A stretch of DNA of 64,000 bases from Takakia lepidozioides (lineage: Eukaryota; Plantae; Bryophyta), in the NCBI GenBank assembly GCA_030704615.1, contig CM060731.1:65534001-65598000 (forward strand), in the 5' to 3' direction. Below the pieces are notes generated by a model. It did not search any database. It was not told the origin of the DNA and saw nothing but the letters and a program-made list of their open reading frames with translations. This document shows, one piece after another, positions 24,330 to 37,846 of this stretch. The stretch's first letter is position 1, and each line of letters starts with the position of its first letter. The position numbers were made by a program, and so were the translations under genes.

Positions 24330-27300
24330 GCGATGCTTGCAAGCCCCGCAGGCTTACAAGAAATTACCCGGCAACCATACGTTTATGCTTTGTGCACTAC
24401 AGGCATTCCTGCAGTTGTTACAGCCAAAACAGTTCTGTGAGTCTAAAATGAAGAGAGTGAGAGGAATGGAGGAAATCAGGGTGAAGAGCACCACAATTCT
24501 GCAGAAACAAACGATTGCTACCCCACAGGCGATACAGATACTGGAGGAGCTGAGATTGCAAGGATTGCAAAGCCTAGATTGGACATTACACCATAGACAT
24601 ACATGTTACAATTTTTGCAGAACTTTGAGCCAAGGACAGGAACAACAACGGTGAAGGGAGTTGAATTGATGATTACTCCCCTATACCTCCAGCAATTGTT
24701 TCGATTGCCAGCAGGTCAGGTGCATGTGGAGGAACACAGGGCAAGACTGCAAATAGGGGACTTATTCCAAGAAGGGAGTTTCTTTAAAACTCAGGGTTAT
24801 GCTTGTACCAAGGCTGTGTACCCAGGGCTAAAAGAGGTCTAATTCATGGCAATCAGAACGTTCAATACCTGGTATTTGAGCAGATCCTTCACGGAGGAAA
24901 TACTCAAAGGCCTGAAGGGACAAGAGGTACAATGGGCGGACATAATGTACAACGCACTGGTGGAGGAGATGAAAAGATTACAAGGTACTACCGCAAGTCT
25001 CCTATCATAGTGTCTGGCCCAATCATTGCTCAAATAATCCTTGATTCTGGCATACTTGATGCGCAAGAAAGAAAGGAAATGGGAGTGTTTGAGCCAGAAA
25101 CCACTGCAATGGAAGAGCAAGGCTCTTCACACAGTGAGGGTGGACTAGCAGGGCAACCCGGACTAAGAGGCAGAGACGGGGAAAGACTGTAGTGGCGGAT
25201 CCACTGGCTTCACGGATTCCGCATGATAATGTTTCCCAAGCTCATGTGCAGGAAGGGGCACAACAGCACAGAGAAATGCTATTACTGGAAGCAGGACCTT
25301 CAGAGAGGGAGGAGGAAGTTACTTCTGTATCAAAACCATCACAGCCAGTTGATCGACTTGTCACGAGGTCACAAGTTGTCCATGCAGCTCAACCAGAAAT
25401 AATTGATTTGGAAAGAGAAGGGTTAGATATTCCAACTACAGAACAGATTGTGGCAGAAATGGAGAAGGGGGACCTTCTCTATGAATATTCTGGTCTGGTC
25501 AAGGAGACAGAGATCCCAGAGGTGCAACAGTTGCCCAAGGAAATCCTGAGGTGCATATAATACACACACCTGTGTCGGAGGTACCACAGGCGGAAGGTCA
25601 TGACACTGTAGCACCGGTGATAGATGAAGTGTTCAGGAAGAAAATCCGGTGGGACAATGGCCTGAATGGTTCGTGAGACATCACACTGTTGAGGATCAGG
25701 AGGAACAGCAGCAACCTCACCATGATGACCCTCAACAGGCAATGCTGATGAGTTCCATAGGCAGGACACTTAATTGTTGGGGACTTATGTCAAATCCCAT
25801 GTTCCAACTACTCAATTGACAGCCTTGAGAGAGGAACTCAGGAAGGAGTTCGAGGCTCGCCTAGCCACTGAGTGTGCAAACAAGGTCGATGAAGAGGTCA
25901 CTCTCAAGATGCAGCAGGACTTGGGAAATACAGAAGCGGCTTTGCAATTGGCCAAGGAACAATTGATTGAGGCAGGCCTCGCGCAAGACCAGTTGCACGA
26001 AGCACATAAGCACAGCTCTACCAAATGCAGGTGCAAGCATGAAAGCAAGTTGCAAGAACTGAATGCACTACATACGGAGTTGCAGACAGAGCATGACAGG
26101 ATGGCGATACAATGTGCTACATTCACAACTATGCTTGAACAATCTACAAAAGAAATAAACAGTCAAGCGGAAAAATGTACGAAGGCAGAAGAGGAGAATG
26201 TTGAGCAATTGAAACTCATTGTCGATATGAAGAATACAATCTGTCGCAATGAGGATGCTTTCAAGCAATACAGGCAGGTTGAAGCTGATCAAGAGAAGCA
26301 CATCGTGGAGTTGCAACCAAACGATCATGGCCAATAGAAATGAAATCGCGGTCAATAACAAGGCTTGGAGGAAGCTAATAATCTGGCTGTTGCCTATGCG
26401 AAGTTGGTTGAACCTCAGGCGAAGCGCATGGAGGCTTTACAACAGCAGTTAGAAGTGTACAAGCTAAGAGAGGAGCAAACTCTCAGGGGAACCACAAGCA
26501 ACTTGGTGGATAACAGCCTTATGCAGGTCTGGTTAGCACAAGGGCCAGTAGAGGGCAAAGCACCACGAAAGCTCACCCAAAGCGAGATGAATGAGCTCAG
26601 GCTGCAGGTGCAGAACATTGCCACAACTACTATAGACAATGTCTATAGTAGGATAGCAGAGTTACAAGAGGATGTAGACGGACTGCAGACTCAAGTGGAG
26701 GACCTCACTTCAAACATCGACAAAAGAGTCTATATCCCTCAGGAACAGCTAATGGCTTCTTATTTACAAGCCAGAACGTTGGCTTTTCAGTCTTCACAGG
26801 AGGTGCAGGAGATGTCAATGATACAAGAGCCAGTACCACCACCACCACAACAAGTCACTGTACCAGTAGCTGAACCTGTGGTTACTACAACCACACCACA
26901 GCCACCACAGCCTGAGGTATGGGGCAATGCAGCTTTTAACCCACCTAAAACTCCAGCTGCAAGGGAGTACAGTAGGGCTATGATTATGCCCTTCAACCAA
27001 ATTCCCATCATGTTGGATTTGGCTTGGAAAGAATTTAGTCCTCCGCAGTCATTCGCACATTACTACCAAATCATGCGTATTTGGCTGCCAGTGGCAACTA
27101 GGACTAAAGTTCTTCCGAACAATCGACATATTAAAGATCATCACTTTGCACAATACTGGCACGAGGCAGGTACCATAATGAGGGAATTGATTGCTTTCCA
27201 GGTTGTACATGGACTCATTTATACCAAGACCAAGGAGGTAGCAAGTATTGTCATGGGATGCGGGTTATACTACGCTGCTTGTTTTCTAGTACGTTATCAC

Positions 27301-27800
27301 ATTGAGCAACAAAGATGCAAGCACGCTTTCTGAGTTATTCCAGTGGGGACCATTGGGTATTACCTTCGGTGCCACCTCATATGTACCTATATGACGCAAA
27401 AGCTATGATGCAAAAGGATTCTCAAATTCGTTCATGGTTTCAAGCGGCCTGGAACAATTTGTCAACACAGAAATTCGGCATTGATGATATTTTCTATAAG
27501 GGACATGTGGCATGGAAATACTTGCACGCTGCACCAGTAATTGGTACCCCACTCACCTGGACAGACAAGGAGCTCAGTGTCTACACCAATTTTGCTGTTC
27601 AGCGGTTACACCAAGTTGTAAAATATAAACTTCCAGACATGGTAGGACAACATTGAATGCCCCAGATGATTCCACAAAAAGTTCGAAAATTAAAACACCT
27701 GAGAGGCGATGAGGATTCTGATACAACTGTTTCTTCACTGAATTCTTTTGACATGGGAGAAGACTATGCAATTCAGATGGCGGAGAAGAAGCGACGGGGG
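24330..27800 (+). pseudogene. Large extra ORF of the LTR retrotransposon, downstream of integrase (frameshifted)
   Basis: Chain of same-strand ORFs between integrase and PPT. QFLQNFEPRTGTTTVKGVELMITPLYLQQLFRLP resembles Athila-type ORF2; long E/Q/L/K coiled-coil-like region at about 25800-26750. Confidence 0.65.
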
Positions 27801-28034
27801 TGAAGAAGCGACGGGGGTCTCCTATGCCGGAAAGGTTACCTCGATATTAGCCTCCAGAGGGACTCACTTATCCAGGTAGTGACCAACCATCTCCGTCAAC
27901 CAGAGACAGACCTAGGGCTCGTACACACAGTCCGCCAAGAACTCTCAACGTCAAAAAGGTGCTCACTCACAAAGGTTTGCTAATCAAAATCAGTAAACCG
28001 TGAGGACACGGCTTTTTGAGGGGGGAAAAGATAA

Positions 28035-28894
28035 TGTTAGAGGACTGTCTGGGACTTAGACACTTAAACGGGATCTGTAGGGTACCCTTAATTTTTGCAC
28101 AGACTGAGACCAACAGGAGCCTTAGGGGTGACAGCAGCGCACTGTAGAGGGGGGTTACACAGTCCGTCACAGTAGTCACAGCCGACACAGCCAACACAGC
28201 CCGTCACAGTCGTCACAGCCAACACAGCCAACACAGTCCGTTACAGTCGTCACAGCAGACACAGCCGACACAGCCCGTCACAGTCGTCACAGCAGACACA
28301 GCCATCACAGCCGACACAGCCCGACACAGCCGACACAGCCACACAGCCAGTCACAGCCCGACACAGCCAAACACAGTCGCACAGCCAGTCACAGCCCGTC
28401 ACAGTTTCACACAGCCAGTCACAGCTTGACACAGCTGTCACGATCATAGAGAATGGAGAGCAGGACAGGGAACGACTGTGGGGAACAACACCTGCGAAGG
28501 GAACATGTTAGTTCACAGACGACGGTTAGTGAGGGAAACGGTTAGAACCACGGGTAGGAAGATAAGGGAGAAGCGGGGAATTTTGGGAATATCATTCGGT
28601 GGAGGACTTCTTGGTCATGGAGGAGAGGGGATCGGGCAGAGATTAGGAACGGAAGTGAAGATAGAGAGATGATGGGGAGTAGATGCTGGATATATGGAAG
28701 GCTGTAATGATATTGTAGGGAGATTAGAGACACAATGGCTTCGGCTTGATACCTGATAAATTATAATCGGATACTTTTACGATACAATCACACTGTGTAG
28801 AGAGATCATAGTGAAGCTGTGGAATGAATGGATGAGTTCCAATAGATTGATAAAGCAAACTGATACTTAATTATCAATGGTAAGGTAGCTAACA
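28035..28894 (+). mobile_element. 3' LTR (860 bp) preceded by a polypurine tract
   Basis: PPT gaggggggaaaag from 28018; termini TGTTAG...CTAACA are perfect inverted repeats; internal cacagcc-rich array at 28155-28442. Confidence 0.8.
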
Positions 28895-29932
28895 TGAATG
28901 CCAAAAGGGAAACAAATAGGAAACACCCCCATGATACACTAGCTGTAGGTCATGACTGATTGTTCTGCGCGGGCTGAGTACTTAGAGATTTCCAACTCTT
29001 CTATCTTGGAGTTTCTGCCTCGAATAGCGAAGGGATGGGTGAGTAAATGCCGCGCGACAGTCCCAACCAGTGCAAAACAACCGTGCATGCATTGACTGCC
29101 CTCTGGCTTCTCTCCAGGCATTTGGGGGTCTGCGATCTGCTACACGTAAGTGTCTTTGAATGCGACGATCAAAGGATCCGGTCACTTGCAGTTGCCGTCT
29201 CAAGGGCAGCATTGCAAGAATCAGAATTAAGTAAAAAAGATGGTGGAAGAAGCTGCAAACAGCAAATGAATGAAGTGGCAGGGCGATGCTCTATTTTTAA
29301 CATGCTCCCCTTCCCGCCATGGTGATAGAGCCACACAAATGGACTCCCTTCCCGCCACGGTGCAATTTCACGGCAACGGAACGGGATTGTCTGCCGAAAC
29401 GTGATTTGGAGATGGCCTAAGACAAGTGGCGCAGGTTCTGGCCTTGCAGTCAGGTTGTTCACACTTCAATGCACACATTTCATACACATTCAACCATATG
29501 CCCAAGATCATAACGTCGTCAATCGTGAAAATTGAAATTCCACGTACGTCCTCCGATTCCTCACACACACACGAACTGTAGAGACAGGTCGTTTTCCAGG
29601 ATGTCGTTGTTTGAGTCGATTTTGGTTATTTCTCTCAGTGTCTTGTTGAAAAGATTCTAGTTATGATGGGAAGCATCGTGATGGCTTTTAAATGGTTTGC
29701 TGTTGAGTGTAACTTTCATCATGTTGTGGAATCTACCGGTTGGTATAAAATGTCAACTGTCTTCTCTGCCAAAGGATGTGCGGCTGAACCTTTCAAATTG
29801 AGATTGCAGGAGGAGGGAATTGACGGTAGTGAAATGGGAGTGGCAGAGCCAAATTGAGGAATCTCTGCAAAGGAGAATCCGGCCCCCTGCAATGGCGTGC
29901 ACAAACAGCATTGAAGAGGCTCCCCAACAGAA

Positions 29933-31072
29933 ATGAGTTCCCCTCGCCCATGCGGAGGACTTCCAATTAATCACCCCTGTAGACAGAACACCCGAGATGA
30001 CAGGTTGTGGGAAAGAGAAGTGACACGTGCCCGAGCCCTTGGGCTTTCAAGGATGCCATGCCCATGTGAACGTTGTTTGGGCACTACAAGTAGATCTAAG
30101 GACGGTGTGCGCACACATCTCCTTCACCACAAAAGACATGAAGCATTTCGGGTGTGGATTGGAGATGGACCTGAAGACGAAGATGATGAGGAGTGGGCAC
30201 AATTGGACAATGCACACCCCCGAGGGAGCCATACAGACAGGCCCAGACGAGGACTATGTCATGGGCGCAGGACATGAACTAGGCATGGACGGAGGGGTGG
30301 AGATTACTCGAATGTTGCAGGAAACATTCCACATCATGGACGATGCTGAAGAGGGGGACGGTGCTGCGACAATTGGGGATGGTGATGACGCAGGAAATGA
30401 AGGCATTCACGTGGGGGAAGGCGTGGAAGGAGGTGGAGATGGAGAATTGAATTTTGCACACATGACACTAGAAGAAGCATGTGTGCCACTGTACGAGGGA
30501 TGCAAATCCACAAAGCTTGCTGCCACCATGCTGTTGATGAACCTGTGCACAACCCACGGTGTCTCAGACCATTTTGTGGACGAGTTGTTCTCTTTGCTTC
30601 GGCTGAACTTGCTTCCACAACCAAATGAAATGCCAAAAAGCTGTCACATGGCCAACCAAATGATTGGGAAGCTCGGCCTCAACTACGTGAAAATACATGC
30701 ATGTCCAAAAGGACATGTACTTTTCAGAAGAGAGTACAAGGATGCTATGGAGTGCCCCAAATGCAATGCAGCCCGATACCATGATGTGGGCAGGTTACAA
30801 TAGCCAGCCAAGGTGTTGAGGTATTTTCCCCTTATCCCCCGTCTATTATGAATGTACAAATGCAAGACCATTAGTGAGCTCATGACTTGGCATTCCAGGA
30901 ATGCCTCAAACGATGGTTTGGTAAGGCATGTCCCAGATTCCCTTGCATGGAAGCATATAGATGCAACTTGGCCCGATTTTGCCGAGGACCCACGCAATGT
31001 GCGATTGGCTGTATTTACGGATGGAGTAAACCCATACGGATCAAAGAGTTGCACATGGTCCACATGGCCCCA
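29933..31072 (+). mobile_element. CACTA/En-Spm Tnp2 transposase, N-terminal part
   Basis: CPCERC...VRTHL (transposase-associated domain), IHACPKGHVLFR..Y...ECPKC...RY, RHVPDSLAWKHID..WPDFAEDPRNVRL...DGVNPY...STWP; truncated abruptly. Confidence 0.92.
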
Positions 31073-31210
31073 ACGACGCAATGGCGTGAGCGTTGCGCGT
31101 GAGCGCGCGAGCGAACGCTCACGCCAGCTGACGTGGCGTGAGCCTCATGTCAGCATGCTGATGTGGCGGTAAATGATGACATGGCACTGTCCGTCATCTG
31201 CCACGTCACC
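31073..31210. repeat. GCGTGAGC/TGACGTGG-rich repeat module
   Basis: tgacgtggcgtgagc and gctcacgcc are shared with 54950-55070 and 57235-57330. Confidence 0.6.
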
Positions 31211-31305
31211 ATTAATATGCGCCGCCTATAACCGTGGATGGTCCTATGACCGTGGAATTAATGCAAGGAATCTTGCCTAAATAGAATCAAGACGAGCATT
31301 GAGGC

Positions 31306-34300
31306 CTACAATTGCAGCATCCAACATTGTGCAATTACAAATGCTTGTTTCACCCTCCTCAAAAATATGAAATACAAATGTTTGCAGGGTATGAATTTAC
31401 CTCTCTTGCCCAAACTGGTTGATAGCATATTCACAAAATCAGGACATGTGCAATTGGGGAAATTGAAAACCGTGATGTCGTAGGTCCTGTCATGAACAGC
31501 AGATGTGGAAGTGATGATTGTGAATACCCGACCATATCCTGGATCGGGTACTTCCGTGGTGCTTCCAACACGAGCTTGGAGCATTCTTGCGGACTCCACT
31601 TTGCCAAAGTGTTCAGCGGTTGGAGGGAAACGCCGAACGAGCTTTCCATCTCGTTTGGTTGGCCACAAGTCAGGATTTGCCGGGGGGACCCGGGAGGAGG
31701 TTTGCTATTTCATGAGCATGAGCGGCATGAGCGGCATGAGCGGAGTAGTAAGACAATCGGTTTTCATGTGAAGAAGTACAAATTTCGAAAATAAAAAACA
31801 ATAAAAAACAATAAAAAACAATAATTTAATGCAATGTGTCAGGAAAAACAAATATATTATTCGGCCCCTTGAAGGGAAAATTGCAGTTTTGACAGTTGTG
31901 CTCATGATATTTCGTCTTCCGCTCATGCCAATTCCCAGCGACATGTGCAAATATGGCGCCGAATTTCGCGGTAATAGGGTCCGTAACCTGAAAAACGGCG
32001 ACGTATTTCGCGGTAATAGGTCTCTCTGGCGAAAAATGGTGCCGAATTCCGCGGCTATAGGTCCCCTCATGACAGGTAATTCGGCGCCATTTTTCCAGTG
32101 AGTGTTCGGACTTAGCATGTTCGGACGTGCAACTCACCTCCCGCATATAGTCGCCGAACTGGAGGAAACGATAATGCCACCATGCTAGCCAACTGACCAT
32201 TGCTCCCTCGTCTGATTTCCTTACTACACCTGACGATGTCCACCAAGCCCGTATGCATGCAAACTGTGTCTCTGCATCATCCAAGGTAGGAGCGCGCTTC
32301 CACGCAAGGCACATGGAACGGTGCTCCTCTCTGAAATCTGGTGCCACGAGCCTGGTTGTGTACTGCGAAAGGCTTTGCAGAAAATGGAACCCACAAGATC
32401 TCTCCTTGCCTTCCATGGGAACATTGGGGTCTTGCCCGTACACCCTTCGGATGGCAGCCCAATTTGCTTGTGCGTTGTCCGCCATGAAACCACGGAAATT
32501 CGGAGGGGGCAATCCCGCCTTGGCCATCTGTTCGTTTATTCCCTGCCAAAGAAGCATCTCCGATTGTGTGTCCTCTCCTTTCATCTCACAAATAGCAATT
32601 GTCATTAGCATCCTGCAGTGGGTGTCATAGACATGTGCACCCATTGTCACCCACTGGTGATTTGTAATTCGCTTGATATGGTCGAACATGACCCAACTGT
32701 TTGACAAGTTCCTACTCGTCATCCTGTCAACCAGTTCGACGCCGCTGCCAGGTCCACACGTGGACATTTTGAATACGAAACAACGATCTGCCTCAGTCCC
32801 TTGTCCTGGAAACCTACTTCCATGAATTTAGTCATATCCACATCGTCGCTTCACCTCCATAATGGAGTGCATATCCGAGCCACGCCCAATTTTCTGTTTA
32901 GACAATGTGGTTTCGGACATTCGGTGAACATACGTGGGACACCGACTCCAGCAATGCCTCCATTTCCTTCTCGTCGAGAGGAACTCTATCGGAGCCGTCT
33001 TCCGACATAATTCTGGCCAATGCCATCTTATGGGCGGCTTGGAGCTGTATCTGTTTGGGTTTGGCACCCGATCTCAACTTAACCTCCTCCTGAACGAGCT
33101 GCTCTGCTTCGTGGGCAGCCTCCCACGAGTTCCCCCTCGCCAATTTGTGACAATGGGAACCAACGTGTATGCAAGCTCGGGTGAGGTCAGGGAAACGGTG
33201 CAACACATAGAACTGCTTGGCATTACAAACAGACATGCAGTGTGGTGGTTCTTTGCAATGCGCACACTTAAATGTGGAGTTCGGAACCTTCTCCTGAGCT
33301 CGAAATGGTTGATGAGCTGTGCCTGTCCAATCGGTCTCGTTCCTGTGACCTCTGGATTTAAAGTGGAAGCAAGTTGGGGAGAAACACCGCAACGCGGCCG
33401 CACAAACAACGTAGCGCACCCGCACACCATCGAGCATCTTCATGCTGGTGTTTTGGTAACGCACCAAGGATGACCGTCATGTTTTCTATCCATATCTGTC
33501 AACATTCCGGACGCCCTCGAGTAGTCCGCCCGAGGAGGGAACTCAAAGAAGATATTACCGTCGACGTCGGCGGGAAGGCATGTAACCGATTTAATTGCGA
33601 ACTTGCTGTAGTCCAGCCCGGCCAACTCCGACCGGTGTCCCTCCAGGTGAAGCCCTCGCAGAATTTCAAGAATAGATCGAACTGCGGTGCTCGTGCTGGG
33701 AATATGACTCCCTCCTCCACTGACGTCCATTGAGGACTTGCCTGATCTCCAGGACGACCTCGGAATTTCCATGACCTCGTCTGAGTCGGACAGGTTGTGA
33801 ACAACCCGGTTCTGGCTCGTCTTCATGGATGGGTTCGGCTCTGGATTTACTTCGTTGCGGACTTCTCTCTTTGAGGTAGCCACTCTCTGATTCGCGGATT
33901 GTTTCGTGTAAGGCGCCAGGATAGAAGGTGCATTTGGCGGGCAAATGAAGTCCCCAACAGCCCTGTATATGACGCTGTCCAATGGTGGAACTCGCCATTC
34001 CCTGCCATCGCCGAAATCATCGTGGAGCACAACAATACTCTCGACAACAAGGCCGTTAGAGTCCTTCCTTTCCTCCTCCAAAAAAACCGACCCCGGTTTC
34101 AGGTGGTATCGAACGCACAGATATTTCTCCATCACCCGGCAGGTGTCCCCTCTGCACGGAAATGAAGCTCTATGCTCGTGAGGAGGGCAGTACACTGTAG
34201 CGCTCGGGTTTTCCGCCATGGGAGATGTGCACACAAGACTCCCAGGATGGAGTGCGGGGAAGCTCCCTGGTAGAAGGGGGATGCAGCGATGGGAATGAAT

Positions 34301-34350
34301 GCGATGCCGATTTGTCCGAGCGACGAAGCCTGATCCAAATCCAGGGAGCC
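31306..34350 (-). mobile_element. Mutator-like (MULE) transposase with WRKY/GCM1-type Zn region and SWIM finger
   Basis: DGHPW..T / C..C...C / HVGSHCH region; VMFDHIKR, FMADNAQANW.A...C.FHFLQ DDE core; SWIM CTCPDF...IPCKHLYFI. Probable intron donor after MRE near 32135. Confidence 0.8.
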
Positions 34351-34519
34351 AACTATCTCAAAAATCCACAGTCAGAGTGTTAATGAACCTTGTCTCCGGA
34401 ATGCCGCCCCTGGTCTTTGCGCAATAACTGCCAACGGTATGCAGTCAGAAAGTGGGGGGCCGTCCGGATGATGACGGCTGAAGGGAGAAGCCGGCACCGT
34501 GCCGTCACATTACTACCCC

Positions 34520-36095
34520 CGAATGGAAATTCGGCACCCAATATCCAACAGGGAAGCCCGGATGAAGTCACCTCGGGCGCAGAGGCCGGCGCGTGTGCGA
34601 CAGAGAACATCCCCTGGATGGAGATTCGGCGCCGAATTTCCATCCAGCAGGTAAAGGAAGTCGTGTCGGGGGGTCAGGCCGAAAACTGGCCGGCATAAAA
34701 ACATCCCCAGATGGAAAAACAGCGCCGAATTTCCATCCGGGGCGGTTCGGATGCAGTCGGGGACAGGGGAGAGGGCGGCACTTGGCCGTCACATTTCAAC
34801 CCCCGGACGGAAATTCGGCACCGAATATCGAACAGGGGACGCCCGGATGAAGTCGCCTCGGGCGTAGAGGTCGGCACGTGTTCGACAGAGAGCATCCCTT
34901 GGATGAAGATTCGGCGCCGAATTTCCATCCGGCCCCCCAAGGAAGTCTTGTCGGGGTCAGACTGAAAACTGGCCGACATAAAACCTCTCCAGATGGGAAA
35001 ACGGCGCCGAATTTCAATCCGGGGCCGTTCCAATGCGGTTGGGAGGGGGGAGAGGTCGGCACCTGGCCGTCATATTTCAACCGCCGGACGGAAATTCGGC
35101 ACCGAATATCCAACAGAGCGGCGGAGAGGCCGACACTTCTCCGACAGAGATCAGCCCCCGGATGGAAATTCGGCGCCGAATTTCCACCCAGCAGGTAAGT
35201 GCAATCCCGGATGGATGGAAATCCGGCGCCGAATTTCCATCCAGCAGGTAAGTGAAATCCCGGATCGATCGAAATCCGGCGCCGCATATCCATCCTGCAG
35301 GTAATTCGAATCTCGGATGGATGGAAATCCGGCGCCGAATTTCCATCCAGCAGGTAAGTCGGATCGCTGGCGTATGGATATTCGGCGCCGAATTTCCATT
35401 CGCCAGGTATTTCATCGCTGAGAATTACCTTCCTGCAGGTAATTCTGATCGATGAATTACCTTCCTGCAGGTAATTCTTATCGACGAAGGTAGGAAGGTA
35501 ATTCCTCGCTGAGAATTACCTGCAGGAAGGTAATTCATCGATCAGAAATTACCTGCAGAAGGTAATTCTCAGCGATGAAATACCTGCAGGATGAAAATTC
35601 GGCGCCGGATTTCGATCCATCCGGGATTCCAGTAACCTGCTGGATGGAAATGCGGCGCCGAATTTCCATCCATCCGGGATTCGAATTACCTGCTGGACGG
35701 AAATTCGGCGCCGAATTTCCATCCATCCGGGATTCCACTTACCTGCTGGATGGAAATCCGGCGCCGAATTTCCATCCATCGGGGATTCAAATTACCTGCA
35801 GGATGGAAATCCGGCGCCGAATTTCCATCCATCTGGGATTCGAATTACCTGCAGGATGGAATTCGGCGCCGGATTTCCATCCATCCGGGATTCCACTTAC
35901 CTGCAGGATGGAAATCCGGTGCCAGATTCTCCATCCATCCGCTCTCCGACCAACCTTGCGGATGCAAATCCGGTGCCGAATTTCCATCCATCCGCTCTTC
36001 GAATTACCTGCATGACGGAAATTTTTGCGCGCCGACCTAGCTGGCGGATGGAAATCCGGCGCCGGATTTCCATCCATCCGCTCTTCGAATTACCT
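34520..36095. repeat. Array of 30-bp palindromes GGATGGAAAT(T/C)CGGCGCCGAATTTCCATCC arranged as a large inverted structure
   Basis: More than 20 recognisable copies at about 50-60 bp spacing. Linker orientation flips (cagcaggtaa vs ttacctgc) around 35420-35570, where the AATTACC(TTCC)TGCAGGTAATT palindrome is repeated. Confidence 0.92.
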
Positions 36096-36559
36096 GCATG
36101 ACTGGAAAAATGGCGCCGAATTTCCGATTTTGGTGCAAGTCAGATCTGGGACTTAGCCATTTTCGGCCCCGAAATGGAAAAATGGCGCCAAACACAAAAA
36201 AAAAAAAAAAAAAAAAAAACGCCATTTTTCCAGTTCGGGGCCGAAAACGGCTAAGTCCCAGATCTGACTGGCACCCAAAATCGGAAATTCGGCGCCATTT
36301 TCCAGTCATGCAGGTAATTCGAAGAGCGGATGGATGGAAATCCGCGCCGGATTTTCATCCATCCGCTCTTCGAATTACCTACATGACGGAAATTTTGCGC
36401 GCCGACTTACCTGGTGGATGGAAATCCGGCGCCGGATTTCCATCCATCCGCTCTTCGAATTACCTGCATGACTGGAAAAATGGCGCGATTTCCGATTTTG
36501 GGTGCCAGTCAGATCTGGGACTTAGCCATTTTCGGCAACGAAATGGAAAAATGTCGCCG

Positions 36560-36599
<40 letters not shown>

Positions 36600-37145
36600 G
36601 CCATTTTCCAGTTCGGGGCCGAAAACGGCTAAGTCCCAGATCTGACTGGCACCCAAAATCGGAAATTCGGCGCCATTTTTCCAGTCATGCAGGTAATTCG
36701 AAGAGCGGATGGATGGAAATCCGGCGCCGGATTTTCATCCATCCGCTCTTCGAATTTACCTGCATGACGGAAATTTTGCGCGCCGACTTACCTGGTGGAT
36801 GGAAATCGGCGCCGGATTTCCATCCATCCGCTCTTCGAATTACCTGCATGACTGGAAAAATGGCGCCGAATTTCCGATTTTGTGGCCAGTCAGATCTGGG
36901 ACTTAGCCGTTTTCAGCCCCGAACTGGAAAAATGGCGTTTTTTTTTTTTTTTTTTTTTTTTTTTTTCGGCGACATTTTTCCATTTCGTTGCCGAAAATGG
37001 CTAAGTCCCAGATCTGACTCGCACCCAAAATCGGAAATTCGGCGCCATTTTTCCAGTCATGCAGGTAATTCGAAGAGCGGATGGATGGAAATCTGGCGAA
37101 ATTATCAGATCTGGGACTTAGCCATTTTCGGCCCCGAACTGGAAA
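36096..37145. repeat. Three tandem ~220-bp hairpin units with poly(A)/poly(T) cores, plus linkers
   Basis: About 95-bp arm, A/T tract, then the reverse-complement arm, at 36096-36311, 36466-36690 and 36846-37062. Degenerate relative at 37655-38040. Confidence 0.9.
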
Positions 37146-37800
37146 AATGGAAGTTGAAGACTCCCACAAGCTGAAACCATACTCCACACATGCACTACTT
37201 GCTTCCTTAACACCCGAGCTCTTCTTGAACTCCTCAAACCCTGCAACACTTGCAGAACAAGAGCTTATTCACAAGCTCTCAAACTTTCAATGATGATCTT
37301 CTGAAAGACCTCCTCTTGTACATAAACACCACAAGACTTTTTTCTTGCAAATCCCTGCACAGCTTGTAACTTAAGAGCTATCTATCAAGCTCTCTTCCAC
37401 ACACAAGTGTAACTATGGCTAACACCTTGCACTTCTATAGATGTAAGCAGGTCTTCTTCTAGTGATACGGAAATGGTGAAAGAGGAGAACCATTCTATCC
37501 CGTTATATAAGTCAAGCCATGGCACTTTGCTAAAAAGACTCCACCATACAGACCTCACCCACTCTCCATCTCAAGTACTAGAGCGACTTCAATTGGCTCA
37601 ACTTTTGTTGACCACATGTTTTTTGAAAGCAGAGGCATAGCCATTGGGTCTTCAGGGCCGAAAATGGCTAGTCCCTAGGGCCGAAAATGGCTAGTCCCTA
37701 GGGTGGCTGGCACCAAAATCGGAAATCGGCGCCATTTTTCCAGTTCGGGCCCAGTCAGATCTGGGACTAGCCATTTAGGCCCCGAACTGGTAAAAATTTT

Positions 37801-37846
<46 letters not shown>

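Noticed and set aside
28937-28960. CACTAG as the left end of the CACTA element
   Set aside because: Only 6 bp match the 42-bp TIR.
34380-37187. Many overlapping ORFs (MEIRRRISI..., poly-K/F)
   Set aside because: Translation artefacts of palindromic repeats and homopolymers.
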